A stretch of DNA of 64,000 nucleotides from a virus (Duplodnaviria; Caudoviricetes): positions 29,764 to 93,763 of the IMG/VR virus record IMGVR_UViG_3300032135_000005; one strand, 5' to 3'. Position 1 is the stretch's first letter, and each line of letters opens with the position of its first letter. Made by a program: the position numbers and the translations under genes. The notes under the pieces were generated by a model, which searched no databases, was not told the origin of the DNA, and worked only from the letters and a program-made list of their open reading frames with translations. Below, piece by piece: positions 20,338 to 28,840 of this stretch.

Positions 20338-20745
20338 CTATTTAATATAAGATAACCTCTTTTTCAAGATTATTAAATAACCTTTCATAGCACTGAGTTG
20401 CAATGTAAGAATTTCTACCTCTTTCTTCGGAACTTTTTTATCTTTCAAAGCTTTTGTCAATTTGGTATGCTTCTCCAATAATTCAGAGTACTCTAGCTTA
20501 ACTCTATCTCCGAAAGATTCTGCAATCTTATAAGCTTTAACAAATACCTTTTTAGGGGACCAGGATATGTATCCTTTATGATCTGGATGATTACCATCTC
20601 CACCCTCTACGTATTCTATCAAGAACCCTTCATCTTTTCCGTTCTCATCTTCAGGTAGCTTCCAACCTCTATACTTGTTGTACTCTGCCCTAGTCATAGG
20701 ACTAGCTAAAACTTCTTTTTTGCCAATAAACTTTACTGCTTTCAT
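20338..20745 (-). CDS. Two-domain fusion: SWSP-motif phage domain plus crAss001_48-like helical hairpin; candidate anti-defence protein
   Basis: N-terminal FIGKK.V.A.PMTR.EYN.YRGW.LP.DE...GYISWSPK.VF..AY; C-terminal DRVKLEYSEL..K..KL...L.LQLSAMKGYL.IL.KRL. Confidence 0.65.
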   Translation of the reverse strand: MKAVKFIGKKEVLASPMTRAEYNKYRGWKLPEDENGKDEGFLIEYVEGGDGNHPDHKGYISWSPKKVFVKAYKIAESFGDRVKLEYSELLEKHTKLTKALKDKKVPKKEVEILTLQLSAMKGYLIILKKRLSYIK

Positions 20746-20838
20746 GATATATAAATTTAAAATTAAAACATATTTAATAGGTCACTCCTATCCACTGCTT
20801 CTGCAGGATTAGATGTGAGGTAACCTTTTGATTCTACC

Positions 20839-21663
20839 TTAAGACTGTATATCAGTTCCTCTCTTGTCTCCGGATGCGGGACCCACCAGCTCTTTGAGTT
20901 TACCGTCAGCTTTGAGTACTTCATATAATATCTCTAATAATTTATCGTAATTAGTAACTAGCAACATTGGTATGTCCCACTTACCTTTTTTAGTTCTATA
21001 AGAGTCAGAGTAAGCAGGATGTACTGGAATACTCTTCCTTATTTTCTCCATAATATTAGCTACCTGCTTACGAGGCGCTAATTCAGTTCCATCTTTATCG
21101 TGCAAACTTACGTAATCTTTTAGTAACCTCTGAAGAGAAATAACACGTTCATCGTATTTGTTTTTCACAATATCTACAATAGCTTTACGATCCTTTAAGA
21201 ACTCTATAGTATATTTATCTGTAGCTATCTTAACCTTAGCCTTCTGTTTCTCCCAAAGTTTCTTGGCATCCTCATCATCCTTAGCTACAACTTCGTCCAT
21301 ACCAATAGATTTTAAGTAGGCGCTCATATCTGAAGATTTGTGTGGCCATACTGAAGTTCCGTAGTTAGCCCAGAAGTAAATAGGAGAATTCTTACAGTTG
21401 TGAAGTTCTTTCTTCCAAAACTCTACTTCAGCAAACTCCTTAGAGTAACTCTCTAAATCAATTTCTTTTCCTTTAGTATCCACAACAGCTAATGGTGCTT
21501 CGTGCCCATCAACTCCATATAACTTAGGCTTTACTCCTTCTTTAGAAGAATCCCAAAAGATAACGTTATGCATCTCGTAGATCTTTACTAGGTTGCCGAT
21601 ATCTAATCCTCCAGGTACCGCTTTAACATCGTATACCAATTTCATTCTTTTACTTATACCCAT
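20839..21663 (-). CDS. Hypothetical protein
   Basis: 274-aa ORF in operon. Confidence 0.7.
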   Translation of the reverse strand: MGISKRMKLVYDVKAVPGGLDIGNLVKIYEMHNVIFWDSSKEGVKPKLYGVDGHEAPLAVVDTKGKEIDLESYSKEFAEVEFWKKELHNCKNSPIYFWANYGTSVWPHKSSDMSAYLKSIGMDEVVAKDDEDAKKLWEKQKAKVKIATDKYTIEFLKDRKAIVDIVKNKYDERVISLQRLLKDYVSLHDKDGTELAPRKQVANIMEKIRKSIPVHPAYSDSYRTKKGKWDIPMLLVTNYDKLLEILYEVLKADGKLKELVGPASGDKRGTDIQS

Positions 21664-21672
21664 AATCTCTAA

Positions 21673-21939
21673 TTAGTCGAATCTTAGAGGTTCATCCTCA
21701 GATTCTGTTGTTACTTTTTTGTTTAATTTCTGTGCTTTATGTTGAGCTATCATACGCTCTCGAACCGAACGGCTCATAAAAGTCCCCACTTGCCTCAGGT
21801 AGACTGAAGTGGTTTCTTTATTCTGAATTGCTTTTCTTGCTAACGCAGTCTGACTTGAAACCACTTCGAGAATTTGCTTCTGGGGTGCTCCCAATTCCCG
21901 TGCTACCTCCTGTATAAGTTTCCCTCTATTGTCCATCAA
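21673..21939 (-). CDS. HU/IHF-like protein
   Basis: LIQEVARELG...VVSSQ...SVYLRQVGTF matches the HU/IHF fold. Confidence 0.65.
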   Translation of the reverse strand: MMDNRGKLIQEVARELGAPQKQILEVVSSQTALARKAIQNKETTSVYLRQVGTFMSRSVRERMIAQHKAQKLNKKVTTESEDEPLRFD

Positions 21940-22309
21940 TCTTAAATTTAAAAGTTAACATTGAACTCGGGACAATATTAGGGTTCATTTGGTATTTGCC
22001 ATCATCCTTACCAAGAACATTCTTCTTCATAAGGGCATCAAATGTGTTATTCAAATGTGCAGCTGAAATCTTCAACTCATCACACATCTCTTTACGGGTT
22101 TCCGTACTGAATAGAATAATAGACGCATAAGGTTCTTTAACTCCATCGGTCACATACTCAGCGTACTTACTTACTAAAACCGTAGCAACTTCTAATTGCT
22201 TATCTGCTAATCTTTCATTAGCCAGGAACACGCTTAAAAACGTACTTATAACGTGGGCCGAAGTTCCTGAAATGCTAATAACTAATCTATCTGCACTTAA
22301 TAATTTCAT
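21926..22309 (-). CDS. Winged-helix DNA-binding protein
   Basis: RKEMCDELKISAAHLNNTFDALMKKNVL...YQMNPNIVP HTH-wing pattern. Confidence 0.6.
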   Translation of the reverse strand: MKLLSADRLVISISGTSAHVISTFLSVFLANERLADKQLEVATVLVSKYAEYVTDGVKEPYASIILFSTETRKEMCDELKISAAHLNNTFDALMKKNVLGKDDGKYQMNPNIVPSSMLTFKFKIDGQ

Positions 22310-22320
22310 TTTGTCATTTC

Positions 22321-22364
22321 TTTGTTGTTAAGCAAATGTATAACTATTTTTGTTATCCACCAAA
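22321..22364 (-). promoter_or_regulatory. Bacteroidota sigmaA-type promoter
   Basis: TTTG (22361-22364), 20-nt spacer, TACATTTG (22333-22340), then TAACAACAAA leader. Confidence 0.75.
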
Positions 22365-22371
22365 ACAATTC

Positions 22372-22632
22372 TTATTTTAGCTTGTTTACGAAGTTATCAA
22401 TCTGAGCATCTATATCTTTGAACTGCTCTATATTTTGTTTACGAATATAATACCAACCCTTCTTAGTCAGGGTATAGTGTTTCTCATTTAACGGTTCTAC
22501 GCATCCAGTACTCCTCATTCTTTTCAGCATATTTACAAAGGATTTTCCTACTGGCATAAAGTGAACGTGTGTTGTCTTTTCAAACTCTGACGTTGCCACG
22601 GCCAGAAGAACTTCTAATTTAGTAGCTTCCAT
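22372..22632 (-). CDS. Small winged-helix-like protein
   Basis: LKRMRSTGCVE...YTLTKKG wHTH ending. Confidence 0.5.
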   Translation of the reverse strand: MEATKLEVLLAVATSEFEKTTHVHFMPVGKSFVNMLKRMRSTGCVEPLNEKHYTLTKKGWYYIRKQNIEQFKDIDAQIDNFVNKLK

Positions 22633-23503
22633 TTTGTACTTTTTTAAATTCCATTATTGTGCTTTTGCTCACTCCCAGCGTTGCCGCTGTTCTACCTAGA
22701 GAATCATTAATCTCTTGTAACTCCAGGAACTTCGCGTACTTTTCATATGTCCTATACGATTTGAATGCAGCACCTATATTATGGTCACTGATATTCTTCT
22801 TAGTGGCTTCACTCATATACTTAGTAATAGACCTAATCGACGCTGACCCTTTCTTAGTAACCACCAATTTAGTAGTCTCAATCTTAGAAGTAGTAATCTT
22901 TACTTGCTCAAACTCATCCATCAAATGTTCTACCACAATATGTATAGCTGAAGACATATGCTCATAAATCTTAGTCATTCTAGCCATGGCGTGTACTTCC
23001 TTCTTCATACTAGGAGTGAACATAGATGTATTAGAAAATAAAACATAAACGCCCGTAGTTGGCGTATACGCACCATTTTTAAATAACAAATACATATTCA
23101 AAGCTCCGGAAACCTCCTCGAACTTAAGAACAGGTACAGGAACTAGTCTGTCCATACTAACCTCTGAAGGTTTCATTACCATCGCAGAGAACCTCAACAA
23201 GATAAATTCCACTAACTTCTTTCTTGTAAGTAAATCAGGTGAAGGGTTCAAATACACTAGAGCACGGATAACCTCTTCCAAATAAGGATCAGATGCGCTC
23301 TTAATTCTAGACGCATAGAACTTATTGAATTTAGGTACAGCTAAAGGCTCTTTAAAGATTAGAAAAGGCTCGTTCTTAAACCACTCCATTTGAATAAATC
23401 CAAACTCCTCCATTATATCTAACCTATCTATATCAATATCTTCTGAGCATAGACTAGTTCTTACCTTCCCACTCTTATTGGGTTTAATCGTTATTCCTTT
23501 CAT
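22619..23503 (-). CDS. Hypothetical protein with C-terminal HTH
   Basis: 294 aa; LGRTAATLGVSKSTI HTH at C-terminus. Confidence 0.6.
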   Translation of the reverse strand: MKGITIKPNKSGKVRTSLCSEDIDIDRLDIMEEFGFIQMEWFKNEPFLIFKEPLAVPKFNKFYASRIKSASDPYLEEVIRALVYLNPSPDLLTRKKLVEFILLRFSAMVMKPSEVSMDRLVPVPVLKFEEVSGALNMYLLFKNGAYTPTTGVYVLFSNTSMFTPSMKKEVHAMARMTKIYEHMSSAIHIVVEHLMDEFEQVKITTSKIETTKLVVTKKGSASIRSITKYMSEATKKNISDHNIGAAFKSYRTYEKYAKFLELQEINDSLGRTAATLGVSKSTIMEFKKVQNGSY

Positions 23504-23841
23504 GTTACTCGATCTATAATATTTATATCAAGATAAAAATCAGCAAAAATATGAACTGTATAAACAACTCTACCATTAGGCTTATCCGTATTTGTTTTTG
23601 TTGGAACCCATAAATCTTTATCAGGTTTAGTTAAACAATTCTCCAACGCTTTAACCATTTCAGCAATAGGTGCCGCATCCTCAGTCCAAGGCATTGCCAT
23701 AATATCCATATCGTTTGCTAAACTTCCGTGTAAACCTAAAGCCCATCCTTTATCGAGTGCTGCATTTCTAAAATCTTCCCACATACAAGCATAAAATACT
23801 GCTCTGCCATTTGTAATTACGTGTTCTCTACTTTTAGCCAT
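23500..23841 (-). CDS. Minimal nucleotidyltransferase-fold-like protein
   Basis: LHGSLANDMDIMAMPW has the hGS..DxD signature; third Asp candidate in YLDINI. Confidence 0.5.
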   Translation of the reverse strand: MAKSREHVITNGRAVFYACMWEDFRNAALDKGWALGLHGSLANDMDIMAMPWTEDAAPIAEMVKALENCLTKPDKDLWVPTKTNTDKPNGRVVYTVHIFADFYLDINIIDRVT

Positions 23842-23847
23842 TTATAT

Positions 23848-24231
23848 TTAAAAATTATCTAATTCTACTGTTTGACCTTTCAAATGATGTGTACAATCAC
23901 CTAAATATTGTATCATTCCATCTCTAACAAAAGAGTGACATACTTCATGTAAATCATAAGGTAATTCTTCTCGGGTTGGATTCCGATTATGTTTCTTATA
24001 AAAAGCATCTGCTTTAGCAGCATTCCCAGGAGACGAGTGTTCCCAACTTATTTTAACTGACGGTGTAAATGTCGGCTTTTCTTCATTACCATTAAATCCC
24101 CAAATTGGAACCTTATATGTTAGATGAACTTGTTTAGTGTAAACTAAATGTGCACTATTACATCCCGGGCAATGAAAGTGATAACCTTCATTTCCATTGG
24201 CATCTACATATTTATAAACCTTCTTGCTCAT
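23848..24231 (-). CDS. DUF6527-like Cys/His-rich protein
   Basis: FHCPGC..H...W.FNG..EKPTFTPSV...CHSFVRDG.IQYL.DCTH.L.GQTV.L pattern. Confidence 0.65.
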   Translation of the reverse strand: MSKKVYKYVDANGNEGYHFHCPGCNSAHLVYTKQVHLTYKVPIWGFNGNEEKPTFTPSVKISWEHSSPGNAAKADAFYKKHNRNPTREELPYDLHEVCHSFVRDGMIQYLGDCTHHLKGQTVELDNF

Positions 24232-24237
24232 AATTAA

Positions 24238-24459
24238 TTATTTATAAAAATTAGCAATAATAATGTTCTTTGGTTCTTGCCCTTTCCACCACCATTCTCC
24301 GCCAGTCTTCATATGATGTTCATTAGAGGTTGTAATTAATACCTTTTGTATAACGGATAACTCATAATGGATACCATCATCGAGATAGCAATCTCCAGGT
24401 AGTGGGCAGGATAAAGATGCACAAAATATTCTTCCATCTTTTCTTATTCTAACTGCCAT
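24238..24459 (-). CDS. Hypothetical protein
   Basis: 73-aa ORF in operon. Confidence 0.55.
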   Translation of the reverse strand: MAVRIRKDGRIFCASLSCPLPGDCYLDDGIHYELSVIQKVLITTSNEHHMKTGGEWWWKGQEPKNIIIANFYK

Positions 24460-24553
24460 AATTGTACTCTGTATTATTCATCACCATTCATTAAAACGAA
24501 ATGGCAACAAAGGTTGTAAATAATAAAACCCTTGTCACCTCTCGCTTGACTAT

Positions 24554-24736
24554 TTAACCTAGTACAAATTCATAGATTTTAGCCGCAACCTCAATCACAT
24601 CATCCTGATGTTTAATAACATCACCTATTTTGTTTGGTAGATAAACAGGTTTCCCAACAACTCTTGTTGCGTAATCAATACATTCTAGTCTCATTTGTTG
24701 GTTTCGTTTGTTTTCCAACTCTTTTGAATTACTCAT
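24554..24736 (-). CDS. Hypothetical protein
   Basis: 60-aa ORF with AT-rich leader. Confidence 0.55.
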   Translation of the reverse strand: MSNSKELENKRNQQMRLECIDYATRVVGKPVYLPNKIGDVIKHQDDVIEVAAKIYEFVLG

Positions 24737-24792
24737 AATATATAATTTAATTAACTCAGCGTTTTTCTAACCCCACGCTAAAAAAGGGTTTT

Positions 24793-24918
24793 TCATTCTG
24801 ATTTGGTATTTTCAGGAGCTGCGTAGAGAACTTGCTTGGGCTCATCACATTGTTTATACTCTTCAATACCCATTCTCTGTGCAATACCATTTACTAATAC
24901 GATGTACGTTCTACTCAT
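24793..24918 (-). CDS. Small hypothetical protein (41 aa)
   Basis: Read manually: MSRTYIVLVNGIAQRMG...; fills the gap in the operon. Confidence 0.4.
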   Translation of the reverse strand: MSRTYIVLVNGIAQRMGIEEYKQCDEPKQVLYAAPENTKSE

Positions 24919-25090
24919 TATGTTTTAATTTAGGATATCCTTTTACTTCTAGTTCTGCTTTAAGGGCTTTAACAAGTTCATTCATTTGTTCTCTACTCAT
25001 TATAGGAAACATATCAGGATAGGTCGCAAACCTTCTTTCATCCTTTGGAAGAACCTTCCTAATGGCCGGTGCTTTTTTATATTTTGCCAT
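24911..25090 (-). CDS. Small hypothetical protein (59 aa)
   Basis: Read manually: MAKYKKAPAIRKVLPKD...; overlaps both neighbours. Confidence 0.45.
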   Translation of the reverse strand: MAKYKKAPAIRKVLPKDERRFATYPDMFPIMSREQMNELVKALKAELEVKGYPKLKHNE

Positions 25091-25286
25091 CTCTTATTTT
25101 TCTTGCCGTTATATCCCATTCGTATTCACCATTGGCATCTGGTTTAATATCAAGATTTGCTGTAAGGTACTCTTCAATCATAAGTTTACATTCTGCCTTA
25201 CGTTGTTCAAACTGTTGCTCCATATACTCTCCAATTTTTTCTGCATCAACAAACACCATTCCTAAATTATCAAAGAACTCCTTCAC
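25077..25286 (-). CDS. Hypothetical protein
   Basis: 69-aa ORF in operon orientation. Confidence 0.5.
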   Translation of the reverse strand: MKEFFDNLGMVFVDAEKIGEYMEQQFEQRKAECKLMIEEYLTANLDIKPDANGEYEWDITARKIRDGKI

Positions 25287-25314
25287 TTCTTCTGGGTCAT
25301 TTTCTTATATCTAC

Positions 25315-25593
25315 TCATTTCTTCTGCGGTTTTAATTCAAATAACTTATCTAACTCATTGGCTACAGACTGAACCAATATCTCACTCCTCTTCTCCTCTA
25401 TTGCACCAATCTGAAAAAATATGGCGTGCACTAATTCATGCATAAAGGTATTTCTAGTCATCTCTTTGGACATTCCTAAAGAGAGAATAAGTTCTTGATC
25501 TTCGGGTTCGTGTAGTCCAAAACACTTCTTTAACTTCTTAAACTTTACTTTGTAGGTAATGTTACCTACTTTAATTTTCTTTGGTATATCCAT
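25315..25593 (-). CDS. Zincin-like metallopeptidase (HExxH)
   Basis: TFMHELVHAI...E; likely start MDIPKKIK. Confidence 0.65.
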   Translation of the reverse strand: MDIPKKIKVGNITYKVKFKKLKKCFGLHEPEDQELILSLGMSKEMTRNTFMHELVHAIFFQIGAIEEKRSEILVQSVANELDKLFELKPQKK

Positions 25594-25719
25594 ATTCTTA
25601 GGTTTTATAAGGGTTTGACCAGTACAGAAAGTATACAAAACATGCCCTATTACTATAGGCTATGTATTGTACATAAGTTGTACTACTCTAACCCTTGTCA
25701 TTACTGGGTTCTTCTTCTT

Positions 25720-25920
25720 TTACGCTTCCGTGAGACATAGGGGATGGTCCATTGGATTATAATCTCCTATATAGAGAACAGTAAATCTATAACTTGTATG
25801 AGATTCTTCTTGTACTCTCCATAAAGAACTAGTCCCATTAGGGTACCAAACTACTTTTGCTTTCCCTATTCCGTGAAGAACACGTTCAGCATTATGATCT
25901 CTGGATATATTATTTTTCAT
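25720..25920 (-). CDS. Hypothetical protein, first gene of the leftward arm
   Basis: ATG at 25920 just after promoter-like TACCTTTA (25925-25932). Confidence 0.45.
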   Translation of the reverse strand: MKNNISRDHNAERVLHGIGKAKVVWYPNGTSSLWRVQEESHTSYRFTVLYIGDYNPMDHPLCLTEA

Positions 25921-26075
25921 ACAGTAAAGGTACAACTTTTATTTTAAAATCTGTACTATAATTTTTAAAAAAATATTTTCGTGTGTCATTTCTGGGACCA
26001 CTATGTAACACCACCCCCATCTATAGAATCAGCCTACACGGGTAGGGTAATATTAAACGTTAAACATTTAATCTA

Positions 26076-26507
26076 ATGCAAGAAACAAAAACTAAAAACA
26101 GTACAGATGCACAAATGAAAGCATTTATGAAAGGAGCCGTTTACGTTCCTTCTACATTTACAAGTAATTCAACCTTATGGGTAAGCTTATCCAAATCAAT
26201 AGTCATTGATTGTACAATTCACGCTTCTAAACAGAACCCTGAAAAGTGGTGGGTAACTAACGACTTCGACAATGAAGGCGTCAGCACAGGTGACTGTTAT
26301 GATCGGATCCAAGACCGATTTGATGCAGGGGAACGTTCCATTACCATTAAGATGATACATCAAGAGCCTCGTCCTGAGGCTGATTGTGGACCCACCATAG
26401 AGTACGTATTAGGTCTTGAACGTGGTAAGTCTGTAATCGATAACTATCGATTAGCACTGGATACTCCAGGTGCTGTACGTAATAGTATTGCAATCTTAAT
26501 GGATTAA
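26076..26507 (+). CDS. Hypothetical protein, first gene of the rightward arm
   Basis: 143 aa followed by a terminator. Confidence 0.7.
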   Translation: MQETKTKNSTDAQMKAFMKGAVYVPSTFTSNSTLWVSLSKSIVIDCTIHASKQNPEKWWVTNDFDNEGVSTGDCYDRIQDRFDAGERSITIKMIHQEPRPEADCGPTIEYVLGLERGKSVIDNYRLALDTPGAVRNSIAILMD

Positions 26508-26512
26508 TCAAT

Positions 26513-26542
26513 AAGAGGCGCTGACGCGTCTCTTTTCTTTTT
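26513..26542 (+). terminator. Intrinsic terminator
   Basis: AAGAGGCG/CGTCTCTT stem then TTCTTTTT. Confidence 0.7.
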
Positions 26543-26939
26543 ACTTGGAAAGTGTGAACTACCATTGAATTGGAAAGAACAAACTAAATTACTTTAAGCT
26601 ATTATAGTTAGTGTATTATACCTTAGAGAGTTAGTTGTAAAGAGTTAAAGTACTAATTTAGGTAAGAACTCCTAACTTAACTGTTTATTGAGTGAATAAT
26701 GTGCTTGTAAGCCTTGGTATCAGAGCTCTAAGCCCTTTATTCCACATTGAACATCTTACAACTCATCAATAATCAAACTAACTAATATAACATAAACCTA
26801 ATTAAAACTTTAAATAACTACTTATGAAAACAATACTATCTCGTGATTACAGTATACCTGCTGTATCAACTATCACTAAAACAGCTACACATACAATAAT
26901 AACTTACACTAAGCCTCTCTTGACCTAATGACAGAGACG

Positions 26940-27066
26940 CTATACATTTATGTAAAGTCCTACACTATTGACCAATGTAGGCATTAAACTTTGAGTCAAG
27001 CTCTTATAATACTGAGCAATGTATAGAGAACAAGTCCTAAGCAAGACTTACAGAGTTAAACTGCTT
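26940..27066 (+). ncRNA. Putative structured RNA A plus compact pseudoknot
   Basis: Closing helix CTATACATT (26940-48)/AATGTATAG (27018-26); inner CCTACA/TGTAGG and GCTC/GAGC; then AAGTC/GACTT crossed with AAGCA/TGCTT (27032-27066). Confidence 0.5.
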
Positions 27067-27079
27067 TTAATTAAAACTT

Positions 27080-27290
27080 AACTATTCACCCATAGGAAGG
27101 AATTCAATAGTGCTAGTAGTCAACAGCTCTCCCAATGAACTGCGCAACTGTAGCTCTCACTGAACTGAAACAAGTACACAACCCTTAATGCAAGTGCACA
27201 TTGCAAAAAGCTAGCATAATAGCTAGACACTGAATTATACAATAACATCTGATGTCTATTAGTACTCAGGCCAGTTGTATGTGAATAGTT
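27080..27290 (+). ncRNA. Putative structured RNA B (~210 nt)
   Basis: Perfect 10-bp closing helix AACTATTCAC/GTGAATAGTT; inner TGCAA/TTGCA and CTAGC/GCTAG hairpins; no ORF. Confidence 0.55.
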
Positions 27291-27300
27291 TTTAATCAAT

Positions 27301-27410
27301 AATAATCATTATAGGTGTTACATTCCAGCCCTTAATATAACATAGTACCTGTATAGGTACTAGGCTAATTCTATATGCAGAGACCAACAGTTGTGGAGCT
27401 AATGATTATT
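27301..27410 (+). ncRNA. Putative structured RNA C (~110 nt)
   Basis: 11-bp closing helix AATAATCATTA/TAATGATTATT; inner TAGTACCT-GTAT-AGGTACTA. Confidence 0.55.
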
Positions 27411-27427
27411 TATTAAACAATACTAAT

Positions 27428-27507
27428 CCTATGTGCTAACAGCTTACACGCATCCACAATAAGATGAAGATCTTTAGAGTAATTTGTAAATACTGTTAGC
27501 AAGTAGG
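27428..27507 (+). ncRNA. Putative structured RNA D (~80 nt)
   Basis: Nested CCTA/TAGG, TGCTAACAG/CTGTTAGCA, TTACA/TGTAA. Confidence 0.5.
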
Positions 27508-27532
27508 TATTATTAATTAATAACTTAGTATT

Positions 27533-27685
27533 ATGAAAGACTTAAATAAAGAACTATCAGATATATCTCTTAAAGAGCTATATAAATTCAGAAGTATACT
27601 CAACATTATTATTAACAATAGAATAGAGACTGAAAGATTAGAAGATGATAATGAATGTGATGCAACTGAAGTTGATATTTATTAA
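27533..27685 (+). CDS. Small acidic-tailed hypothetical protein (50 aa)
   Basis: Read manually: MKDLNKELSDISLKELYKF...EDDNECDATEVDIY. Confidence 0.45.
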   Translation: MKDLNKELSDISLKELYKFRSILNIIINNRIETERLEDDNECDATEVDIY

Positions 27686-28265
27686 AAACAATTAAAACCT
27701 TTAAAAATAAAACACAAAAAAGATACTTTTACCGAAGGAACTTATATTATAATAATTACTGTATTGGTAATGATATTTATAAGTATACTCATTAAAATAG
27801 CTCCAATGAGTAACAGTGAAGCAGGAGCTATAATGACTGAACGTGGAGGATATATGTATAACTTAGATGTAGTTTACATTTATATGCCTGAAGAGCCATT
27901 GGAGATAGAACTAGAAGCTGCAACTATATTAGCTAGTAATGCTGATGTTGTTGTTTTATCCTTAATCCAAGAGTAGTATGACCTATAAAAGAGCTAAACT
28001 AGAACTAAAGATATTTAAGATAGTGAAAGCTGTCTTATTTATCATAGTAATATCCTGCTTTGTATGGTTCATAGTGGACTGTTTCACTCAAGGATATGAT
28101 TATAAACTATTACGATAATAGCTAAAAAGAAGAAAGTTCGTCGTACAATAGTACCAATTGAGAACCCTGCTACTAATACTAGCTTGAAACCTAAACTTAA
28201 GAGGTCAATTGAATGGTTCTTAGGAGAATCTGAATCTAAATTTCATAAATAACAACTAAATAATT

Positions 28266-28550
28266 ATGTTAACACTTAAAAAACTTAAAGAAATGACTCC
28301 TGGGAAAGTATTTGCCCAAGGTGTAATTAAAAACTCCCTTGAAGGCATTTATATGACAGATTCAAGGATTGGAGAGAATCTTATGTGGGTAGCTAAACGT
28401 GGAGGTATTTATGATTGGGCTATTTACATACATTGGGAAATCAGTGGATTTAATTACGTACTTACATCAGGAGATAAAGTACAATCTAAAGAATATATTC
28501 AAAAGCTTATACCTTGTGACAAAGAAGCTTTGAAGATGTATAGACATTAA
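28266..28550 (+). CDS. Hypothetical protein
   Basis: 94-aa ORF with AT-rich leader. Confidence 0.65.
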   Translation: MLTLKKLKEMTPGKVFAQGVIKNSLEGIYMTDSRIGENLMWVAKRGGIYDWAIYIHWEISGFNYVLTSGDKVQSKEYIQKLIPCDKEALKMYRH

Positions 28551-28569
28551 CAATTAAAAAGAAATAATT

Positions 28570-28794
28570 ATGCCAAAACATTTTGTAACATTTGGACAAA
28601 TACATATTCATAGAATCAATAATAAAGTAATAGATCGTGATTCTGTAGCTGTATTTAATGCAGATTCTCCTCAAGAAGGAAGAGATAAAGCTTTTGAATT
28701 CTTTGGAAATAAGTTCTTTACTGATTACCATGATAAAGAATGGACAGGAGAAGACTTACATTTCTTCCCAAGAGGATATGTAGAAATAGAATAA
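28570..28794 (+). CDS. Hypothetical protein
   Basis: 74-aa ORF. Confidence 0.6.
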   Translation: MPKHFVTFGQIHIHRINNKVIDRDSVAVFNADSPQEGRDKAFEFFGNKFFTDYHDKEWTGEDLHFFPRGYVEIE

Positions 28795-28805
28795 CAACTA
28801 AACTC

Positions 28806-28836
28806 TTTGATTGTTATAAAACATTTTGTATATTTG
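28806..28836 (+). promoter_or_regulatory. Bacteroidota sigmaA-type promoter of the HNH gene
   Basis: TTTG (28806-09), 19-nt spacer, TATATTTG (28829-36); ATG at 28841 implies an almost leaderless mRNA. Confidence 0.7.
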
Positions 28837-28840
28837 TATT

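Noticed and set aside
3988-22967. Short + strand ORFs within the structural arm (e.g. 3988, 4804, 7953, 11456, 18295, 22659)
   Set aside because: Antisense shadows of long conserved genes with no independent signals.
27240-27270. Hammerhead ribozyme core
   Set aside because: Sequence is CTGATGT rather than CTGANGA and there is no correctly placed GAAA.
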